Source: a bacterium
Lineage (GTDB): Bacteria > CALINM01
DNA length: 22,574 nucleotides
NCBI GenBank assembly: GCA_041640455.1
Contig: JBEQAF010000031.1
Location: 1-22,574, forward strand
Direction: 5' to 3'
The position numbers and the translations under genes are program-made. The notes beneath the pieces were generated by a model. The model was not told the DNA's origin and did no database searches. It was given only the letters and a program-made list of their open reading frames with translations. Of the stretch, positions 18,129 to 22,574 are shown piece after piece; the stretch's first letter is position 1, and every line of letters starts with the position of its first letter.

Positions 18129-18490
18129 AAGATTCAACTAAAGTTGGATTTTTACCATTTCTTTTTATAGTTTTTTTCTTGACAACCGCCCAGGTCGGCA
18201 TCCCAAAGTGGGAGCATGATTTTGGAGTCATGAAGGCAGGCTCTGAGGCATCTTATGTTTTCGAGATTGAAAACAGCGAGGCAAATCCTTTAGTGGTGGA
18301 ATATGTGGAATCAGGTTGAGGTGTATATTCCAAACTACTTTCGGGTAAAGTAGCTAAAAAAGGAGAAAAGATACGATTAAAGGTTGAATATAAACCCTGT
18401 GATCAGGAAAAATTTGAAAAACTTATTCTTGTTAAAATAAATAAACCACCATATATGCTACATTTTACAATCAAAGGCGAAGTGAAATAG
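18122..18490 (+). CDS. Probable exported selenoprotein, DUF1573-type Ig-like fold, 122 aa with Sec66 at in-frame TGA 18317-18319
   Basis: HDFGVMKAGSEASYVFEIENSEANPLVVEYVESG-TGA-GVYSKLLSGKVAKKGEKIRLKVEYKPCDQEKFEKLILVKINKPPYMLHFTIKGEVK-TAG. The family-like sequence continues across the TGA, and a SECIS-like hairpin follows. Confidence 0.82.
18335..18353 (+). promoter_or_regulatory. Bacterial SECIS-like hairpin
   Basis: CTACTTT-CGGGT-AAAGTAG forms a perfect 7-bp stem with a 5-nt G-rich loop beginning 23 nt after the UGA. Confidence 0.72.
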
Positions 18491-18530
18491 AAATTTTATA
18501 AAGCTATAATTTTTATTTTTTTAAATTTAC

Positions 18531-18539
18531 TGTTATAAT
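18531..18539 (+). promoter_or_regulatory. Putative extended -10 promoter (TGnTATAAT)
   Basis: TGTTATAAT ends 6 nt before the GTG at 18546; no SD. The AT-rich context lowers specificity. Confidence 0.5.
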
Positions 18540-18545
18540 TTATGT

Positions 18546-19397
18546 GTGAGAGTGCTTTTAGCTATCATATCAGCTTTAATCATTTTTCTTTCAAACAGCG
18601 CTTATGCCATTGAGGAGAAGGCAGTTTATTCACTCTTTATAGCTGGTGACAGCTCAGCTACAAGTTTTGTGGATCTAACCCATTATATTAACAAGAAGCT
18701 TAATCTCAGCCTAAAAACAGAGATTCAACCCAGTTATGTAAAATCAGCGAATATGATTATGAAAAAAGAAGCCCTATTGGGATTTCTCTGCTCGGGACCC
18801 TATGTGATTTTAAGAGATAAGTATAACTTTGAGCCGCTTGCCGCCATTAAACCTTTAAACAGGGTGGACTACAGAGGCTATCTAATTGTACCTTCAAATT
18901 CAAAAGCTACTTCTATTAAAGATCTAAAGGGTAAACGCTTTGCTATAGTAGATCTGATTTCTTACACAGGAAGAATAGTTGCTCTGTATGATATTATTAA
19001 GTTGAATGAAGATCCGCTTAATTATTTTTCTGAGATAATTTACTCCAAAACTCATGAATCATCTATTAAGCTTGTATTAGAAGGGCAGGCTGATGGGGCT
19101 TATGTAATGAGCATAGTTTTCGAAAATGTGGCACGGCAGAACCCTGCCTTATTGTCTAAGGTAAAAGTTATTGGTAAGTCGCCCAAAGCAGGATTTCCAT
19201 TATTTGTAGTCAATAAATATACTGACACTAAGCTAAAAGAAAGTATTAAAAATGTCCTTTTGTCAATGCATAAAGATGCTGAAGGAAGGAAAATACTTAA
19301 CTCCCTCGGCATAGAACTGCTTACGGAAGTAAACCTAAATAATTACAAAATTATTGAAGAGCAGGTTAGGGTAACAAAAGATTATATCCCCTATTAA
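18546..19397 (+). CDS. PhnD/phosphonate-binding-family periplasmic substrate-binding protein (orphan)
   Basis: Signal peptide ending AYA; GFLCSGPYV, YRGYLIVP..S...SIKDLKGKRFAIVDLISYTG, THESSIKLVLEGQAD and VLLSMHKDAEGRKIL. Confidence 0.85.
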   Translation: MRVLLAIISALIIFLSNSAYAIEEKAVYSLFIAGDSSATSFVDLTHYINKKLNLSLKTEIQPSYVKSANMIMKKEALLGFLCSGPYVILRDKYNFEPLAAIKPLNRVDYRGYLIVPSNSKATSIKDLKGKRFAIVDLISYTGRIVALYDIIKLNEDPLNYFSEIIYSKTHESSIKLVLEGQADGAYVMSIVFENVARQNPALLSKVKVIGKSPKAGFPLFVVNKYTDTKLKESIKNVLLSMHKDAEGRKILNSLGIELLTEVNLNNYKIIEEQVRVTKDYIPY

Positions 19398-19519
19398 CCT
19401 GCCCTATTAATCATTAAACTCTCTATCATATTAATTTTGCTTCTTAATCTTAGCTTGCTCAGAAATATTATAAGTTTTTCAAATAAAAATTTAGTAATTG
19501 GACTTATAGCTAAGCAAAA

Positions 19520-19864
19520 TTAATGACCCCCCTCAGAATGTCCGCCTGATATAATATAGACTGTTTCACAATCTTCTGTGTTTTCTAAAAAACACTCCTC
19601 ATCTCCAATTATATGAAAGGCTTCCCCTGCTTTTAAAAAACCTGTATGAGCTCCTGTTACTTTTACTGAGCCTTTAATGATTAATAAGATCTCTTCATGC
19701 CCTTTGCCAGGTTTGATTAGCCTTCTCGACTCTTTAGGGCTAAGAATTCCATAAATCAAATAACAGGCATGACTTCCTGTATCATCATAGCCAAGTATGT
19801 ACTCTTTACCTTCGCACTCACAAGCCCTTTTTACAACATCAATCTTCTTCATTGATTCCTCCAT
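19520..19864 (-). CDS. Small cupin-like hypothetical protein
   Basis: GHEEILLIIKG and LKAGEAFHI resemble cupin motifs 1 and 2; His-containing C-terminus GGHSEGGH. The true start may be the ATG at 19852, which has GGAGG upstream. Confidence 0.65.
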   Translation of the reverse strand: MEESMKKIDVVKRACECEGKEYILGYDDTGSHACYLIYGILSPKESRRLIKPGKGHEEILLIIKGSVKVTGAHTGFLKAGEAFHIIGDEECFLENTEDCETVYIISGGHSEGGH

Positions 19865-19871
19865 ACGTCAA

Positions 19872-20499
19872 TTATTTTTGATAAATATATAAAATACCAA
19901 GAATTAAAAATATTAGAGCTGGAAAAAATAAAAAAAGTCTTGCTACTATTAAATGGTAACCGTTTTTTTGAAGATAAGCGAATAGCTCAAAACTATACTC
20001 TTTTACCTTTTTTCCTTCTACTAAAAAGATCTTTAATTCTTTATCTTTGTAAAGCGGATTTAAATATTTATCCCTTATGGGAATCAAAACCCCTCCTCCT
20101 GCCATCCAGCGAGCTGAATAAATTATATCCTGTGGTCTGCCAGACCAAACAGCACCCCGATAATCGGCAAAATATACATTGTCTCCATCAGTTCCTATGC
20201 GATTTTTTAACTCTTTGTAGTTTATCCATAGATTAATAACAAAAACTGCTAACAAAAAATATAGATTAGCAATAAAAAGGGCTTCCAGCCTCTTAAGCCT
20301 AAAAAAAAAATTCTAAAAAACCCCTATCATCAAGAATAAACTTCAAAATAGGATAAAGCAAGACTAATATAAAAATAAAAATTACGATCCTGTAGCCAGC
20401 GCTAAGCCTTCTAATTATTCTATCATCAGGCTCTAACCATTCTACATAAGGATAGCGATTTTTTAAATCCCATATGAGATCTTGCTTCTTCATTTTCAT
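19872..20499 (-). pseudogene. Membrane-protein gene frameshifted at an A10 homopolymer (track ORFs 20299..20499 and 19872..20255 are one gene)
   Basis: Removing one base from the run at 20301-20310 gives an open 208-aa frame (...RGFLEFFF-RLKRLEALFIANLYFL-LAVFVINLW...) with three hydrophobic segments. Confidence 0.7.
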
Positions 20500-20619
20500 A
20501 AATTATAGCTGAAATCATTGCAATCTATATTTGTGAGGGCGTTTATTGTGTTATATTCCAAGCCTTAACCTGATACACTAAATAAAATTTGTGATGTTTA
20601 TTTTTTATTAAAAAATAGA

Positions 20620-21252
20620 TTATTCGTTTTCGATTCTATTAATTTCTTTTTTTATCTCATTTATGATTTCCACATTCTGGATTTTTTTGTTTTTTCCTTC
20701 TGTCACTGAAATTATATAAAAAACTCTGCCACCATATTTTTTTGTAAATTTCTCATGTGTATTTTTTTGTTGCTCTCTTTCATTAATAATTTGAGTAATA
20801 TATTCATACCCGGCAGGTTTGATCTGTAATCCAATAAATTTATCTTTTATTTTAATATAATAGTCTACATTGTAATGTCTATCCCAATCATCTGGTGCAG
20901 GATGTATCTTAACATTTAATATTTTTTCGAGTTGACCATATATTGTTTGTATTTCTGATTGATAACCATCAAAAGTTCGGTTAATTACAAGATTATATAT
21001 AAAATTTATACAGTCTTCTTCCGTTATATTTTCAATCTCAGCTTTACATACATCTGTTACTTTAATAAATAATTTTTTCCCTAAATGATTTAAATGTTCT
21101 TTCGGGTAAACATTGGATAGGTAATAATCCTCCCACTCTTTGACAGTTTTAGGAGCACATTTTCGAATTAACTCTGCCACAGGACCCACTTTATCTTTCT
21201 TTGTAAACCCCCATCTCATGTTTGCCTGATTTAAGATCCATTCTTTGGGCAT
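20620..21252 (-). CDS. Type II restriction endonuclease, MjaI-like family
   Basis: VGPVAELI...EWEDYY...LVINRTFDGY...DDWDRHYNVDYYI...IGLQIKP, a PD-(D/E)xK-like D...QIK motif; overlaps the upstream methyltransferase by 22 nt. Confidence 0.78.
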   Translation of the reverse strand: MPKEWILNQANMRWGFTKKDKVGPVAELIRKCAPKTVKEWEDYYLSNVYPKEHLNHLGKKLFIKVTDVCKAEIENITEEDCINFIYNLVINRTFDGYQSEIQTIYGQLEKILNVKIHPAPDDWDRHYNVDYYIKIKDKFIGLQIKPAGYEYITQIINEREQQKNTHEKFTKKYGGRVFYIISVTEGKNKKIQNVEIINEIKKEINRIENE

Positions 21253-22481
21253 AAATGTACCTCTTCAAGTTTTAAGAATTTACTCTTATATTCATAATTA
21301 TACTTGCGTTCGGCTTTAGCCATACCGCTTTTTATAAGGAAAGCATTTATAAATATTTTATTTTTCAAATATACATATGCTTCCACTGGCTCCTTAGAGT
21401 TTATCTTATTCTTATCGTATTTAATTATTACCTCTTTGTTTAAGATTCTATCTTTTAAATATCTCAGCGTCTCATCCTTATTTATTACCTCTACACCCAG
21501 AAATTTTACCATCAATCCCGTATTCAATTTCAAGGTATCTACATCAAAAATCTCAGAAACTTTATATAATGAACCCTTTTTGAAGTTAAATTTTTCAGGC
21601 TCTATAACTGGACTGGCATCTTTGATTAAAGGTTTATATTGAATATCCTCTAATTGCGGGTCAAAATCTCTTTTTATTATCTCCATCTTATTATTAGAAA
21701 ATAAGTTATTCTCTAATCCTATTTTTTCTTTTATAATTTCCATAAAGGATTCATTTATTTCATAACCAATGGCATTTCTTTTCAACTGACTGGCAACTTT
21801 GAGCGTAGTGCCACTCCCAAGAAATGGATCCAGGACTGTATCTCCCACAAAGGTAAACATCTTAATCAAACGCAGAGGTAATTCTTCAGGGAACATTGCC
21901 TCATGTCCAATCTGTTTGGTGCCACCAAAATTCCAGTGCCCGGTAAAGTAATTTTTCCATTCTTCTTTTGTCAATATTGATTCATTTCTTCTTTCTTTTG
22001 GTATGGAATTTCCATTTCCCGGCTTTTTAAAAATAAGTATAAACTCATAATCAATTTCTATTATTCCGTTCGGAGGATAAGGATACGAACCCATCACAGT
22101 TGCCCCTCCGGTAGTATTCATTGTTGTTTTTTTCTGCCAGATAATTGAACCCATATAGTCAAATCCTATATTCTCGCACTGCGATATAATCTCTGCATGC
22201 AGTGGAATTACTTTATAACGACCGTAAATTATTGAACGAGCAAATTGATCACCTATATTAATGCATAATCTTCTACCTGGCATTAAAACCCTGTAACATT
22301 CCTTCCACACCCTGTATAAATCTTTAAGATAATCATGCAAGCTCTGCCCATATCCGATTTGCCCTTTTATACCGTAATCCTTTATATTCCAGTAGGGTGG
22401 TGATGTTACAACCAGTCCAATTGCTTGATCAGAAACTTCGGTCATCCTTCTGCTATCGCCTATAATTAACTTTATTCTCAT
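21231..22481 (-). CDS. Beta-class amino-DNA methyltransferase (probably N4-cytosine) with a C-terminal thermonuclease-like domain
   Basis: The catalytic VTSPPY precedes the SAM-binding VLDPFLGSGTT; HEAMFPEELP; C-terminal AYVYLKNKIFINAFLIKSGMAK; SD AAGGTGAG upstream. Confidence 0.9.
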   Translation of the reverse strand: MRIKLIIGDSRRMTEVSDQAIGLVVTSPPYWNIKDYGIKGQIGYGQSLHDYLKDLYRVWKECYRVLMPGRRLCINIGDQFARSIIYGRYKVIPLHAEIISQCENIGFDYMGSIIWQKKTTMNTTGGATVMGSYPYPPNGIIEIDYEFILIFKKPGNGNSIPKERRNESILTKEEWKNYFTGHWNFGGTKQIGHEAMFPEELPLRLIKMFTFVGDTVLDPFLGSGTTLKVASQLKRNAIGYEINESFMEIIKEKIGLENNLFSNNKMEIIKRDFDPQLEDIQYKPLIKDASPVIEPEKFNFKKGSLYKVSEIFDVDTLKLNTGLMVKFLGVEVINKDETLRYLKDRILNKEVIIKYDKNKINSKEPVEAYVYLKNKIFINAFLIKSGMAKAERKYNYEYKSKFLKLEEVHLCPKNGS

Positions 22482-22574
22482 ATATGAAATCTCACCTTAA
22501 TATCTTGTTGTCTGAAAGATTTTTTAAAAATCCTCATTTTTTGGCACATTAACCTTGACATCTGAGCTTGAAAA

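Noticed and set aside
18122..18319. The 65-aa ORF as a complete protein
   Set aside because: It ends mid-domain at the Cys-equivalent position; the downstream frame and hairpin favour readthrough.
11103..19312. Minus-strand ORFs opposite the pil and binding-protein genes, plus the out-of-frame ORF 16591..16791
   Set aside because: They lie almost entirely within confident CDSs and have no independent coding evidence.
19940..21642. Plus-strand ORFs 19940..20236 and 21304..21642
   Set aside because: Antisense to better-supported genes.
22541..22560. TTGGCAC as a sigma54 -24 element near the window end
   Set aside because: No GC at the required GG-N10-GC spacing, and no downstream context is visible.
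1..22574. CRISPR array, tRNA, rRNA, transposase or integrase
   Set aside because: No regularly spaced nucleotide repeats, RNA-gene signatures or recombinase motifs were seen. The HEAT and IPT repeats are protein-level only.

Overview
AT-rich bacterial DNA whose gene content resembles Desulfobacterota/delta-proteobacteria; the taxon is inferred, not shown. From left to right it holds: (1) a minus-strand chemosensory operon (DUF4388/pseudo-receiver protein, cheY, cheA, ExeA-like AAA ATPase, two cheW, zinc-ribbon response regulator, HEAT-repeat protein, start of cheR); (2) priA; (3) a divergent type IV pilus minor-pilin operon (fimT/U, pilV, pilW, pilX, and a 1543-aa pilY1 carrying three IPT/TIG domains) behind a probable sigma54 promoter; (4) an orphan PhnD-like binding protein, a small cupin-like gene and a membrane-protein gene split at an A10 run; (5) a type II R-M pair (MjaI-like endonuclease plus an SPPY methyltransferase fused to a degenerate thermonuclease-like domain). 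The main result is that the 65-aa ORF overlapping the pilY1 stop codon reads through an in-frame TGA (18317-18319) into a complete 122-aa exported DUF1573-type Ig-fold protein. The TGA sits at the family's Cys position and is followed by a bacterial SECIS-like hairpin, so this is a probable selenoprotein at the end of a pilus tip-complex operon. All family assignments come from motif recognition by eye; no searches were run.
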